A stretch of 64,000 nucleotides of DNA from the NCBI GenBank assembly GCA_048938105.1, contig JBHLMN010000007.1, positions 64,001-128,000 of the forward strand, read 5' to 3'. The position numbers and the translations under genes are program-made. This DNA is from Promethearchaeota archaeon. GTDB taxonomy: Archaea > Asgardarchaeota > Heimdallarchaeia > Hodarchaeales > Hodarchaeaceae. Of this stretch, positions 18,531 through 30,500 are shown piece after piece; position 1 is the stretch's first letter; every line of letters begins with the position of its first letter. The notes under the pieces were generated by a model, which was not told the DNA's origin, did not search any database, and saw only the letters and a list, made by a program, of their open reading frames with translations.

Positions 18531-19838
18531 ATGAGAAAACGAAAAAGATTCGAGTTAGACGAGAATGAATTACCCAAAAAATGGTGTAATATCCTTCCTG
18601 ATTTACCCAGACCATTCCCTCCACCTCTTTCACCAGCGACCAACGAACCATTGGATCCCAAAGATTTAGAAGTCTTATTCGCTAAGGAACTGATTAAACA
18701 AGAGATTGCTAAGGAATCTAACATATCGATTCCAGAGGAAATTAGGGAAATGTTAAAAAATATTCGACCCTCACCTCTAATCAGGGCTAACAGTCTGGAA
18801 GAATTTCTAAAGACTAAAGTGAAAATTTATTACAAATATGAAGGAGAAAGATCCCCTACTGGCTCACACAAAGTGAATACTGCTATTGCACAGGCATACT
18901 ATAATGCAAAGGAAGGAACGGAGACTTTAACAACAGAAACTGGTGCTGGGCAATGGGGAAGCGCTTTAGCTTACTCCAGTCAACTTTTCGACGTGAATTG
19001 TCAAGTTATGATGGTCAGAGCGAGTTATGATCAAAAACCCCACAGAAGAACCATAATGGAGTTATATGGAGCAGAAGTCCATCCCTCACCTTCAACGATA
19101 ACAGACTTCGGTAAAAAACTTTTAAACTCAGATCCACGACATCCTGGTAGCTTAGGTATCGCAATCAGTGAAGCTATTACATTAGCTCTTCAAGACGAGA
19201 AAACAAAGTATTCTTTAGGTTCAGTGCTAAACCATGTTCTGCTGCATCAGACAGTTATCGGCCTTGAGGCTATTAATCAATTTCACATGGCAGAAAATGA
19301 TTCTTCAGGGCCAGATTTCGTAGTGGGCTGTGTTGGAGGAGGTTCAAACTTTTCAGGTTTAGCTTATCCATTTATCCGTGAAAAACTGAGAAATGGTTAT
19401 GAAATGCAAGCAGTAGCAGCAGAATCCACGGCTGCGTCAAAAATGTCTGATGGAGATTATCGATATGATTTCGGTGATACCGCGAATATGACCCCTTTAT
19501 TGAAAATGCACACATTGGGTTCTGATTATATACCACCACCCATTCATGCGGGAGGTTTAAGATATCATGGTGTTGCTCCTAGCTTGTCTGTGTTAATCAA
19601 TACAGGCCACGTAACCCCATGTAAATATACTCAACAGACCGCATTTAAAGCTGCAGAAATTTTTGCTAAAAATGAAGGAATTATTTCGGCTCCAGAATCC
19701 GCTCACGCCATTGCAGCAGTGATCGATATCGCAAGAGAACACAAAGATGAAGAACTAACTATTATCTTTAATCTTTCTGGCCATGGCTTACTCGATTTAT
19801 TAGGATACCAGAGATATATCGCTAATGAACTTGAATAA
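18531..19838 (+). CDS. trpB2: Tryptophan synthase beta chain, type 2 (stand-alone TrpB2)
   Basis: PTGSHKVNT (PLP Lys), TETGAGQWG, GSVLNHV, CVGGGSNF, HAGGLRYHG, NLSGHG. Confidence 0.95.
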   Translation: MRKRKRFELDENELPKKWCNILPDLPRPFPPPLSPATNEPLDPKDLEVLFAKELIKQEIAKESNISIPEEIREMLKNIRPSPLIRANSLEEFLKTKVKIYYKYEGERSPTGSHKVNTAIAQAYYNAKEGTETLTTETGAGQWGSALAYSSQLFDVNCQVMMVRASYDQKPHRRTIMELYGAEVHPSPSTITDFGKKLLNSDPRHPGSLGIAISEAITLALQDEKTKYSLGSVLNHVLLHQTVIGLEAINQFHMAENDSSGPDFVVGCVGGGSNFSGLAYPFIREKLRNGYEMQAVAAESTAASKMSDGDYRYDFGDTANMTPLLKMHTLGSDYIPPPIHAGGLRYHGVAPSLSVLINTGHVTPCKYTQQTAFKAAEIFAKNEGIISAPESAHAIAAVIDIAREHKDEELTIIFNLSGHGLLDLLGYQRYIANELE

Positions 19839-20034
19839 CCATCTTTTCCTCTTTTTTCTATTTTTTATCAGGTGAGAATCACAGTTAATTCTAGTAGGAG
19901 AGATAATTGGAAATCAAATAGTTGATTATTCGGGAACGCATAGGAATGTCTAATATGAATCAACTAAAGAAAGACCATTTAAGATAACTATATTCGAAGA
20001 GAAAAAAAGAGAAAGAGGGAATGAGGAATTATCC

Positions 20035-20991
20035 TTAGAGCTTCTTTGTTGTATTCAGTGCTGTTTCTATGAGAACTGGTGTATCAGCCCCTATTATCAA
20101 TAATGAGTCATCATGATTTTGGATAGCCATTACCCATAATAAGGCAAGGAGTTCAGTTGAGGTTAGGTTCAATTGCTGCCCCATAGCATAATAAGCCATT
20201 CTTTCAGCAGTTAAAGTTATGTTTAACGCTTGGGCTTGAGCTTCCATGGTAATGAGGTAAGCTTCAGCTTCAGCTACAGCTGTTACAATCGTTATATTCG
20301 CATTGGCTTGAGCTTCAATAATTTGAGTCTGTGCACGGATAATTGCGGCCTCCTGCTCGTACAGAGCAATCTGGTACTGCTGCTGCGCAATCTGTACTAG
20401 TTTCAGCGCCTCCTCGAATTCATCTGGGAGGTCTATTTCTCGAAGTTGAAAATAGACTACATCCGCGTACATCTTGTCAATATCTCGTACTAGATAAACA
20501 AACATCTGATCTCCGATGAAAGTTCGATTATTAAAGAATTCAATAGCATTGTAAAAGCTCGTGACATCTCTTAAGGTTGTTCTAGATTGTCCGATGAAAC
20601 GCTCTTCATACTCATCAGCAAAGGTTCCGTATAATTCAAGGAGTTGAGACTTTTGAAGACGATACTGAAATGACAATTGAATATGAATCAAAAGACCATC
20701 TTTTGTCCGAGAATCTAGGGGATATGAATCATAAAACTCTATTGTTTCTACAGTTCTGGGGAATTTGATGAAGTGATTAAATAAACCTATGTGATAAAAC
20801 CCTTTTTCATAAACCTTATCTTCGATTTCTTGTGTAATATCATTTTGATTTAACCCAAATTGGTTGTAACCGACACTATCAAAAGCTAGTAAAAAATATA
20901 TAATGATTACACTTGAAAAAATAATAACTCCAATCACTGTCCCTTTCAAGATATTTATTCTATTAATAAAAATCTTTTCTTTTTCATTCAT
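20035..20991 (-). CDS. SPFH/prohibitin (band 7) family membrane protein
   Basis: N-terminal TM, SRTKDGL, LREIDLP and an Ala/Gln-rich coiled coil. Confidence 0.9.
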   Translation of the reverse strand: MNEKEKIFINRINILKGTVIGVIIFSSVIIIYFLLAFDSVGYNQFGLNQNDITQEIEDKVYEKGFYHIGLFNHFIKFPRTVETIEFYDSYPLDSRTKDGLLIHIQLSFQYRLQKSQLLELYGTFADEYEERFIGQSRTTLRDVTSFYNAIEFFNNRTFIGDQMFVYLVRDIDKMYADVVYFQLREIDLPDEFEEALKLVQIAQQQYQIALYEQEAAIIRAQTQIIEAQANANITIVTAVAEAEAYLITMEAQAQALNITLTAERMAYYAMGQQLNLTSTELLALLWVMAIQNHDDSLLIIGADTPVLIETALNTTKKL

Positions 20992-21533
20992 TGTACTCTC
21001 TGTTTGCTAGGGAACTTAGTAATGGATATTAACTTATGGATTCCAGAATCCGAATGTTTATAAGATTGGTAGACGAATATAGCTGCATAGAATTGAGAAA
21101 TCCCGCTTTAACTTAGATTAATTCACTAATATATTCTTTCTTTTGAGTTCACTTAATTTAGGAGGGGAAGAATTAAACTAATGATATGGCCTTCAAGTTT
21201 ACTTTAAGCTCATGTGTGAGTATTCCTTTGAAAAATACAGAGTAGTAGACAAATAGTAGATCAAAACACTCATTAATTCAACTAGAGGAGAAAAAAAGTT
21301 CTAGATACCCCCCATGTCCGACAAAAAGAATATAAGAACTCACCAATTAGCAAATCGGGTGGATTTTTTCTTTAAAAGCGGAGAAATTCTCGAGCTAATC
21401 TTTTATTGATTGATTCTCCATAATTTCTAAAAAGAAATCAAATAAGCCAAACAGATTGTGAAAAGAGCGATTCTATCTAAATGAATTCCAAAACTTTCTG
21501 AAATGTCTATAAGAAGACTAATTAGGGAGTTAA

Positions 21534-22250
21534 ATGTCACCAAATGAATATCTTCTTAAAATTGTTTGTTTGGGAAGCCCATCCTCCAATAAAACAAAAA
21601 TTCTTAGAGGTTACTCTGAAGGAAAATTCACTACTGATTATTTACCAACATTAGGAGTTGACATTACAACTAAACAAATCAAAATAGATGATAATCAAAT
21701 TAAATTAATAATTGTGGATACAGCGGGAGAGAAATTCTTTGGAAAATTACGACCCAGTTATTATCGGGGTGCCTCTGGTGCACTAATCTTCTTTGATCAT
21801 AAAAAACGAAAATCATTTTATTCACATCCAACCTCGCAACTATTTACTAAGAAAGTGGAAAAGCTCCCTAATATCTGGCAAAAAACGAAGCTTGGATTAA
21901 AACATTTTTTTTATAGGTTTTTTCCCAAAAAAAGAATTAAACTGGATGAAAAGAAAAATAAGACTTTCAATAAACAAGAAGTTCGGAATAATTATACTCA
22001 GTCAGTTATAATCCAATTTTACAACGAATTCAGGAAGTATCAACCTAATTCAAATATTCCAATCGGATTAATTGGGATTCAGAATGGACCCGAATCCTTT
22101 CAAATTACTATAAATGAAGCTCAAGATTTAGCTAATCAATTATGTATAGATTATTTTGCCATTAAACCTAGAGATTCTAGCGATTTAGAGAAAATAATGA
22201 TGCATTTGACTCGTCAGGTACTTGAAAATAAAGGAGTGAGCTGCACATGA
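21534..22250 (+). CDS. Divergent Rab-like small GTPase with basic insertion
   Basis: YLLKIVCLGSPSSNKT, FTTDYLPTLGVDI, DTAGEKFFGKLRPSYYRGASG; NKxD absent; about 60-aa Lys-rich insert. Confidence 0.82.
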   Translation: MSPNEYLLKIVCLGSPSSNKTKILRGYSEGKFTTDYLPTLGVDITTKQIKIDDNQIKLIIVDTAGEKFFGKLRPSYYRGASGALIFFDHKKRKSFYSHPTSQLFTKKVEKLPNIWQKTKLGLKHFFYRFFPKKRIKLDEKKNKTFNKQEVRNNYTQSVIIQFYNEFRKYQPNSNIPIGLIGIQNGPESFQITINEAQDLANQLCIDYFAIKPRDSSDLEKIMMHLTRQVLENKGVSCT

Positions 22251-22347
22251 ATCCATATTGGATTTCCTTCAAACAACCTAGGATTCGCTTCCTCCTTGAT
22301 TCGATACAAAGCCTTTTTGAGAGATACATGGAGAAAGAAATCTTGTG

Positions 22348-22638
22348 ATGAAACCTTATATTAAATTTACTGTAGAATTAAATTCTAGAGTACCTAAATC
22401 TACAATTCGACAATTATTGCTTACAATATGTCCATTTGACCACCTTTATAATGAAGTAAGAAGAAAGAATCATTCTTCGTATGATATTCAAGTCTTCTTT
22501 CAAGAATCTGAATATCTAGAAACCTCTCATCAGATGCTAGAAAAAAAGGCTAAAAAAATGGCTGAAAAGCTAGATTCGCAACTTCCCCAAGTGGGAAAAG
22601 GAAAAGTCATAAAAATTAAAATCGGAGTTATCTCCTAA
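22348..22638 (+). CDS. Hypothetical protein
   Basis: About 96-aa ORF with a GGAG SD upstream; no recognised motif. Confidence 0.55.
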   Translation: MKPYIKFTVELNSRVPKSTIRQLLLTICPFDHLYNEVRRKNHSSYDIQVFFQESEYLETSHQMLEKKAKKMAEKLDSQLPQVGKGKVIKIKIGVIS

Positions 22639-22896
22639 TGAAAATACCTAAATGGGCTTAATTAACACCAAAATCCTAACATAAGAGAAAATTTTGTTCG
22701 TTCTGTAATTATCTAAACAAATTTCCTATATTTTATCATTATAAATCCTCAGAAGTGAAAGGTGAAATTGACATCCGAAAAAAATATTAGTTTCATAAAC
22801 AAAAGCTTTGACTATAAAGGATATGTATCCTTCTTTTGGTTTAACTTAATACAGATAGGTTAGGATTCTAATAATTATGTACAACTCATCCTTACT

Positions 22897-23634
22897 TTAA
22901 GTTTGAATTGTAAACTCATGTGCTCGTCCCCTAGTTCCCACACGACTTAAAATCCCTAATTTACAAAGACTATAAGTAATACATCCAGGAATTCTTCGAA
23001 CTCGTCTCTTTCCCCCCTGAATCTTTATTCGTTCAGCTAAATCGTTGTTAGTAAAGATATCTGGTAAGTCATATGGTAAAACATTGATGAAATCGTTCCT
23101 TGTACTAAATTGTTTTATTTCTTGAACGTGTAATAGATCTCTCTGCACAACCTTGTATTTATATCTCTTACTTCTCCTCCAAAAACCCATAGATTCTTTT
23201 AGAACATGTTCTTCAATGAATAAGATATCAAATCTCATTCTGTTTGGGATAAATTTCACTTTGAAAAACACTAATTTTTCAAATAATGTATAAATATCTC
23301 CCCGTTTGTTATAATAACTGACTCTGACAGTGTCGGAGTCACGAATGAAGCGAGTTACTTTTTGTTTAAGTACGATGGGATGTACAATGATTATTTTCAA
23401 TTGAGAATACTCTAGTAGGTCTTTTATTTTTTCAGAGAATTTCCCCCCAAAGTTGGAACGATGAATCTCATATACTGCCATTCTTTCTTTGTCGAGAACA
23501 TCAATTCGGTATTTTCTCCCATTCAGCTGCACAATAGCTTCTTCTGTACCCCGTACTTTATCTAAGTAATAATTTTTTAGCTTCTGATGAAGCCATGTCT
23601 GATTTCTTGGTGGTTGAGGTGCTAGAGTGTCCAC
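22897..23634 (-). CDS. Putative PD-(D/E)XK-fold nuclease-like protein
   Basis: LHQKLK..E...RIDVL....YEIH pattern and a C-terminal wHTH-like segment. Confidence 0.6.
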   Translation of the reverse strand: MDTLAPQPPRNQTWLHQKLKNYYLDKVRGTEEAIVQLNGRKYRIDVLDKERMAVYEIHRSNFGGKFSEKIKDLLEYSQLKIIIVHPIVLKQKVTRFIRDSDTVRVSYYNKRGDIYTLFEKLVFFKVKFIPNRMRFDILFIEEHVLKESMGFWRRSKRYKYKVVQRDLLHVQEIKQFSTRNDFINVLPYDLPDIFTNNDLAERIKIQGGKRRVRRIPGCITYSLCKLGILSRVGTRGRAHEFTIQT

Positions 23635-23736
23635 TTTTTTCAGCTTTTTCGTTGCTTTTTATGAAGGGTTTACTTCTGTATATGTAAAAAGATCTATATT
23701 ATGACCGTCATGTCAACAGTATTTGATTGAAATCTG

Positions 23737-24810
23737 TTATAAATCGTTGGGAAGATGTATAGCAAATTGACATTCGTCGTTACCCTTGAGAACCGATTTC
23801 ACGATTTCAATCTTAACCGATTTTCCCAGAGTACCCTCCCATTGTTGCCGAAACCAACCTGCACCACAGTAGCAAAATGTGATCGGCATTTCTTCATCAT
23901 CTAAACGATTCCGTATAATGGGACAAAAACAATAGGCTTTTCTTTTCTCTGCTTTATCTGTCGCTTTCTCATATCCTTGAGGATCACGTGGTATTTTAGT
24001 CGAATAGATGATATTCCCATTTCTTATAGGCCGCTTAGCCCAAGCTGGATCCTTCTCCATAAAATCTAATACGGCATCAACAGCCTTCAATGGATCATTG
24101 GTTTGTTTCTTGGTTTTTTCATAAAGAGTTCTGATCTTTTCAATAGGTTCCTTGGCAAAGACATGAGCACAACTTGAGATGATCTTATACTTTTGTTCTT
24201 CTTCAGCTAGATTATCTAATCTTTTCAAAGCTCCTTTGATCCATTGATGGCGTTCATCAAGCGAGGAATCAATAGTGAGATCTTCATTACCTTTCATGAC
24301 TTCTTGTTTTGTTTCTTCTCCTAAAATTTGTTCTAGACTCTTACTAAATAACCTATTCCAATCATGGATCACAAACTGTAACTCAATCTCATTCCCTTCA
24401 GGATTATTAGAATCCAAATAGACTTCTCGTGAAAATTCATCAGAAATAAGCCCATGTTCGTATGCATAACTATAGAGTTTTCTTAATGTCTCCCTTATTT
24501 TCCCTACTGAACCTTTATGGACAAGTGATAAAACTTCCATCTCTGGAAGCATCCTAGTTTTGATACCACTAGTTTGAACATCCTGGGATACTGGGAAACC
24601 CGCTTCAATGTCAAATCCTTCTTTAACACTTGTAATAAAATGATAAATACAAAATCCTGGACCCGATATAACCTCCTTGGGAATATTTTGATTTAATTTG
24701 TGAAATAATGCTTGTATTTCTTTTCTTTCTTTAAGATTGAAGCGAATACTGGCGATTAATGTGGTTTCAAGCTTTTTGTGTTTAATTGCTAATTCTGATT
24801 GTGAATTCAT
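23737..24810 (-). CDS. GyrI-like effector-binding domain fused to a Cys-rich DUF6144/V4R-like domain
   Basis: HKGS...REVYL GyrI motifs; CAH, YCFCP, TFCYCGAG and ECQFAIH. Confidence 0.75.
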   Translation of the reverse strand: MNSQSELAIKHKKLETTLIASIRFNLKERKEIQALFHKLNQNIPKEVISGPGFCIYHFITSVKEGFDIEAGFPVSQDVQTSGIKTRMLPEMEVLSLVHKGSVGKIRETLRKLYSYAYEHGLISDEFSREVYLDSNNPEGNEIELQFVIHDWNRLFSKSLEQILGEETKQEVMKGNEDLTIDSSLDERHQWIKGALKRLDNLAEEEQKYKIISSCAHVFAKEPIEKIRTLYEKTKKQTNDPLKAVDAVLDFMEKDPAWAKRPIRNGNIIYSTKIPRDPQGYEKATDKAEKRKAYCFCPIIRNRLDDEEMPITFCYCGAGWFRQQWEGTLGKSVKIEIVKSVLKGNDECQFAIHLPNDL

Positions 24811-25019
24811 CTTCCTATCTCAACCAAATTTAGGATGAACATTATTCTAGACAAAAAAATATTGTAAAATAAAATCCTATTAATTTCGCAGTTGTAAAGC
24901 CTTTTTTATTGGATTACAAAAACAGGGTCTTCATAAATAATTTTTGACCTGTGCAATTTCCATTAGACATTATTAAATCATAGGAAGGTAAAAAATCTTT
25001 AGCTTACCAGAACCTTGTT

Positions 25020-26816
25020 TTACTCTATTATTTGACCATCTTTCATTCTCACAACTCTGTCTGCAAATGCTGCCATTTCTTGATCGTGAGTAACAACAAT
25101 GAAAGCGATTCCTTTTTCATTACAGAGACGTCTAAAGTTAGTAAGCACTTGTCTTCCAGTTTCACTGTCTAGATCTCCAGTCGGTTCATCTGCGAATACA
25201 ACTAGAGGATCGTTAACACATGCTCGTGCAATTATAACACGTTGTAATTGCCCTCCCGAAAGTTTCATAGGATCCTGGTTTGTATACTCTGTTAATCCAA
25301 GGTTTTCTAATAGTTCATGAACTCGCTGTTTGATATTCTTGGTATTACCAGCCATCTGTGCTGGGAGCGCTACATTTTCATACACAGTTAGACGTGGGTC
25401 TAGAACATATTGTTGAAACACAAAACCAATTTTGTTTCGGCGAAATTCCGAGAGCTCATTATCACTCACCTGTGAAATATCTCTTCCCTCAAAATACACT
25501 TTCCCATAATCCGGAACATCTAAACCAGCCATGATATTAATTAAAGTCGTTTTTCCCGATCCAGAGGGCCCTAAGACTGCAACAAATTCTCCTTGTTGGA
25601 TTTTAAGATTAGCTCCCCGAAGGGCATAAACTGTGCTATTCGTGGGTTTATAGGTTTTATGAAGGCCAATTGCTTCTATAATTATCCCTGTTTCATGTTC
25701 ATAAGTAACTGAATCCTTCACTGATTCCAAAGCAACTCCTCCTGACTCTGGAGACAGAAAAGCGATATCCATAAAACGATCAGCCCAAATTTTTGCTTCT
25801 CTTAATTGAATTGGCAGTTTTATTATGGCTGAATGAAACTGTTCTAGATTCACTCGGATTTTTCCTTGTTGCGCTTCTTTTTGGAGCTTCCTTAATGATT
25901 TTTGAAGAATCCGTAAGGTCTCAATATTGTTTTCATATTTTAATTTCAAATCAGCTAGATTTTTACCATTACTTATACGATGTTTGATTTCCTTCCCGAA
26001 TCCATTTAATAATTCAATCTCTTCATGTGCAATTGAGTGAATCTCCTTAATTCGTGTAATTTGACGAACAATTGTTCTGAGGGCATCAATTCCTCCAACT
26101 ATGTCACCCAGAAGAATCCCGAAAGCTTCCGATGCTAGATCAGGATTAGAGATTGTTATAATATTTGATCCTTCAAAAGCACTCTTTACATCATTCGTTC
26201 GGGCTGAAATGTCATCTAGTAGTTGATTCAGTGATTTCAAGAAAGATTGTGCGAAGTTAAGGATTAATAGCTCATCAAAAGCATGGAGTGCTGAAGAAGA
26301 CTCCCCATATTTACGATGAAACGTACCATCATGTACAACAATTTGATCCTCACGAGCCTCATCGAATGACCAGAATATAATCCATGAACGTTCCACAATA
26401 AAATCAATGGCGTGTTCGATAAAATCAACCATTTTGTGATTTTCTTGAGTAATTAAATCTTCAGGATTAGGAGGACAGTTAGTCATAGTTTCTAAAAATC
26501 TCGCTAAAATTCTATGAGATTCTATTTCTGAACGATTACGTTTAGTTCGCGAGCGTAAGAGCTTTGATGTTCTCTTAATGTACTTACGATACAAGGAATG
26601 AATGGGTTTTTCCGTTTCGAGTCTGTTCTGTGATTTAATGCCATCTATATTCTTATAATGACTATTTGCTAGCATAAAAGTATTTAATTCTCCAACTGTG
26701 GATGTTTTCAAAGTTTTTTGAAGATCTTTCTGTAGTTTCTTGTTTCCAAATCGATCTAACTTATCGATTAAGAATCCAACCATTAATTGTCCATTCCACG
26801 TATTATCAGTCTTCAT
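25020..26816 (-). CDS. LolD/MacB-type ABC ATPase with ~370-aa helical N-terminal extension
   Basis: C-terminal GPSGSGKT, LSGGQ, ADEPTG, VTHD; N-terminal region of unknown family with a coiled coil. Confidence 0.88.
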   Translation of the reverse strand: MKTDNTWNGQLMVGFLIDKLDRFGNKKLQKDLQKTLKTSTVGELNTFMLANSHYKNIDGIKSQNRLETEKPIHSLYRKYIKRTSKLLRSRTKRNRSEIESHRILARFLETMTNCPPNPEDLITQENHKMVDFIEHAIDFIVERSWIIFWSFDEAREDQIVVHDGTFHRKYGESSSALHAFDELLILNFAQSFLKSLNQLLDDISARTNDVKSAFEGSNIITISNPDLASEAFGILLGDIVGGIDALRTIVRQITRIKEIHSIAHEEIELLNGFGKEIKHRISNGKNLADLKLKYENNIETLRILQKSLRKLQKEAQQGKIRVNLEQFHSAIIKLPIQLREAKIWADRFMDIAFLSPESGGVALESVKDSVTYEHETGIIIEAIGLHKTYKPTNSTVYALRGANLKIQQGEFVAVLGPSGSGKTTLINIMAGLDVPDYGKVYFEGRDISQVSDNELSEFRRNKIGFVFQQYVLDPRLTVYENVALPAQMAGNTKNIKQRVHELLENLGLTEYTNQDPMKLSGGQLQRVIIARACVNDPLVVFADEPTGDLDSETGRQVLTNFRRLCNEKGIAFIVVTHDQEMAAFADRVVRMKDGQIIE

Positions 26817-27505
26817 TGGTATCCATCCTCCACAACTTTTCCATCTCGAAGTCGGATAATCCGATTACATTGCTTCCCAATCCATTCGGAGTGTGTTACC
26901 AAGATAAGCGTTTGTTGATTATCAACATTAATCCGTCGAAACATTTCCATTAGGTCTTTTGATGTCACTGAATCTAAATCTCCTGTTGGTTCATCTCCCA
27001 AAATAATCACTGGGGAAGTGACCAACGATCGTGCAATTGCTACACGCTGTTGTTGTCCTCCTGAAAGCTCTGGAGGAGAATGATAAATTTTATCTCCCAA
27101 CCCAACCTCACGTAAAATCATTGTAGATTTTCGAGTGGCTTCAGGATAACTCATGCCTTGAGCTAATAAAGGAACCATAACATTCTCTAAAGCATTCATA
27201 TAATCGAATAAATTGAAGAGTTGAAATACATATCCAATATTATCCCTACGAAATGAAGTCATCTTTTCGTCCGAGAAAGTGGAGATATCGACTCCATTAA
27301 TTTTAACGGTACCTGAAGTTGGTGAATCGAGTCCCCCGCAAATATTAAGCATCGTAGTTTTTCCACAACCAGATGGCCCCATAATAGCTACCATTTCGCC
27401 ATACTTGATCTTAAGATTGACACCCCTTAATGCATGAATCTCGTGGGGTGTTCCTTCTCCATAGATCTTATGCAGATCTTCCAACACTAAAATTTCATTA
27501 GCCAT
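26813..27505 (-). CDS. LolD-type ABC ATPase
   Basis: [25 protein letters not shown]. Confidence 0.95.
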   Translation of the reverse strand: MANEILVLEDLHKIYGEGTPHEIHALRGVNLKIKYGEMVAIMGPSGCGKTTMLNICGGLDSPTSGTVKINGVDISTFSDEKMTSFRRDNIGYVFQLFNLFDYMNALENVMVPLLAQGMSYPEATRKSTMILREVGLGDKIYHSPPELSGGQQQRVAIARSLVTSPVIILGDEPTGDLDSVTSKDLMEMFRRINVDNQQTLILVTHSEWIGKQCNRIIRLRDGKVVEDGYQ

Positions 27506-27514
27506 TTTCTTCAC

Positions 27515-30500
27515 CTAACCATGATACCTAAGTGCCTCACTCGGTGGAATTCGTGCAGCTAACCAGCCTGGGATTAATGCTGCCAAGAAAACAGAACCCA
27601 TGATAAGAGCTCCAAAAAATCCAACCTGAGACCATGGAATAATTAATTTCCAGTTTAAAAGACCCGCAAAAACCCAAGCAAGGTAATTTCCTGTTAAAAA
27701 CCCTACAATAAAACCTAATATGCCTAGGAATAGTAACTCAAGGAGGATTGCTAAAGAAACAGCCTTTTTAGAGAAACCAACCGATCTCAGCATACCAATC
27801 TCTCTCTTTCGTTCCTTCACAGAACGGTGAGAAACAACTAAAAGCCCAATAACGCCAATGATAAGGCCAGTAGAAATGAATATCTGAAGGAAATTAAGAG
27901 CATTAGCATTCGTAGAATTCATATGGTAAAATACATCCCAAAGATGATGAGCTGTTATTCCATAAAATGTCCCACCACTGAGGATTAAAAGAGAATTAGT
28001 ACTATTTTTATTTGAAAATTCTTCAATCTGACTGGTAAGATCTTCGTTTTTGTCATAATCATAACCGTGTACAGTTTCAATAAGAAATTCTTTGGTTCCA
28101 TAACCTAAGAGACTCAATTGGGAAGCATATCTATCGCTAACGATAATTCCACGCGAAAACTGATTGATGCTGGATTCGCAAGAAGGAAAATAAGTTAAAG
28201 CCCCAGCATAAATCATTTCGATCAAGCTACCATTTATAGCAGGAAAACTCACGATTTCACCAATGTCAAGAAAATAAAGTAGATCACCAATGAACATTGG
28301 TAAACCATCGGGATCTTCAGGTTCAACTGGTTGTTTTGTCAAACGGTGGATCTTTTGATTTCCTAAGAAAGCCTCCCAAAAAGTCTTTGACTCTTCCCGG
28401 GCTTGATCTCGATGTTCCATCCGGTTTATCATTGATAATTGAGTGTAGTAAGGAAGAAGTTCATTAAATACAAACGGATACAGAACTTCTCCGTTACTAT
28501 CAACAAATGTGGAAAAATCAATTGTGATAAGTTTTGAGTAGAATATATCTTCCTCGGGAGTGATTTCATCTCTAGAACCTCTGAAAGGGAGTATACCACC
28601 TACTCCTAAAGGATATACCTGTTTGATTTCATCAAACTCATCTTGAAGAATCTCTGGATAGTTTAAAGATGTCAAATCGATTGGTATTTGAGACTCTACC
28701 AAGATAGAAACCCCTGACATCTGATATTCCCATGTATGACTTGAACCAGAGACTTGTGTGACAGCGTAAGAACCAATAAAAAAATTCAGAGATAGGATAA
28801 CAGCAAATGTGGCAAAAGTTAGCACAGCACGAGCCTTCCTGGAGTTAATATAACGAGTGGCGACCAAACCTGTTGCTCTCGTTTTTTCAAAATAAGAAAA
28901 GGCTTTTCTTAATCCTGCTGTAAGTGCTTCTAGATTGGCTCCGACTACAGTAGTAGCACCAATTACTGCAGATAAAAGTCCAGTCATTGCGATACTATTT
29001 GCATTTCCCCCCTCTTCAGCCCAATCTACGGCAATTTGAAAACCCCAAATAGTGAGAATAATTAACATGAGTCCACTGATAGTTAAACTAAGTCGTCTGT
29101 AACGTCTAAATCGAAAACTAGCAAAAATTAAACCCAAACCTACATAGAATAAGGCCTGAAAGTTTGCAGCTGCTTCTTCTTCAATATTACGAAATCCTTC
29201 TGGGGTATAGAATGGTTGTCCTTGTTGAATCAGCTCAACTAGAGTCATAAGACCTAGAATTATAATAATTCCACCAATTACGATAGGCCATAATGGTTTC
29301 TTCCCATCAAGAGAGGAAAGCTTATCTTTTGATTTAGTCCCACGAACGATTTCAATTATTGAGATGCCACGTGCTCGAAGTGCTGGAACCATTCCAGTGA
29401 TGAAAGAAAGACCAATTGCACATATTAGGGACAACAAAAATGCATCTGGCTCAACAACGATGTTGAAAATTGATGTTGTAACTTCAGGATTTCCCATCGC
29501 TGATAACATATCTCTACTCAGATCATTTAACCAGATACTAATCCCTATTCCTATGATAAGACCGAATATTCCTCCTAATATCCCAGTAAGTACTGTTTCG
29601 ATAGTATAAGAAATGAAAATTTCTCGTTTTTTTGCTCCAATTGCCCGAAGCATTCCAATTTGTTGTTCACGTTCTTCCATATTCATTAATTGAATATTGG
29701 TGATCAATAATAACCCCGCTATAACCACAACAACACCAAACATCTGAAATGTACTAGCAAAACCCGAAATCCCCTCTTCAATCCCTTCTCTATTATCCTC
29801 TCGGACTGTACTGACTTGAAGCATCAAATTCGGAAAATATTGATTTAATACTGTTTCAATTTGCTCCTTGGATTCATCACTTCGCTCTCGTCCTAAGAAT
29901 GGGTTTTCCTTATGGTCTTCTATTCCAAAAATGATCTGTGTGATCGGACGATCTATACTGCTTGGAATTAATGAATGAGCTGCGTGTTCACTCATAAGAA
30001 TTCTTCGTAAATCACTAGGATTACCTGTTCTTCCATACTCTCTATAAGTATAGATATCCTTTATTGTGACATTAGTGAAAATTGGATTTCCACGTTCATC
30101 ACGTAAAGACATCGCAATTTGAGCACCAATGCTTGTTCCTAATGAATCAGCTAAATCTGGAGAAATAACGATCTCATCATCGTGTAATGCAGCGATATCT
30201 AATTTATCCCCAGTTGAATTCGAATAGATATAACCCCAAAATCCTCCATCAAAATCCGATCCTATAGTTTCTACTGTCACTCCCTGTTCAAACTGCCCTT
30301 TTTCTGAATAATAAGCCGTAGTTGAATAAGAAATCTGTGGAGAAATACCCTCGAAATTTGCAGCTAATTCTTCTATTAAAGTATCAGAGACATTTTGAGG
30401 GAGATAAATCTCGTTGACCGAATAAACAATAATATCCACATTTCCATAAGCTTCGACCAGAATTTCTTTGTAATTTCTTTGAATTGTACTCCCCAAGATT

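Noticed and set aside
6493-23634. MTase plus PD-(D/E)XK protein as a restriction-modification system
   Set aside because: 15 kb apart with unrelated genes between them; no evidence of linkage.
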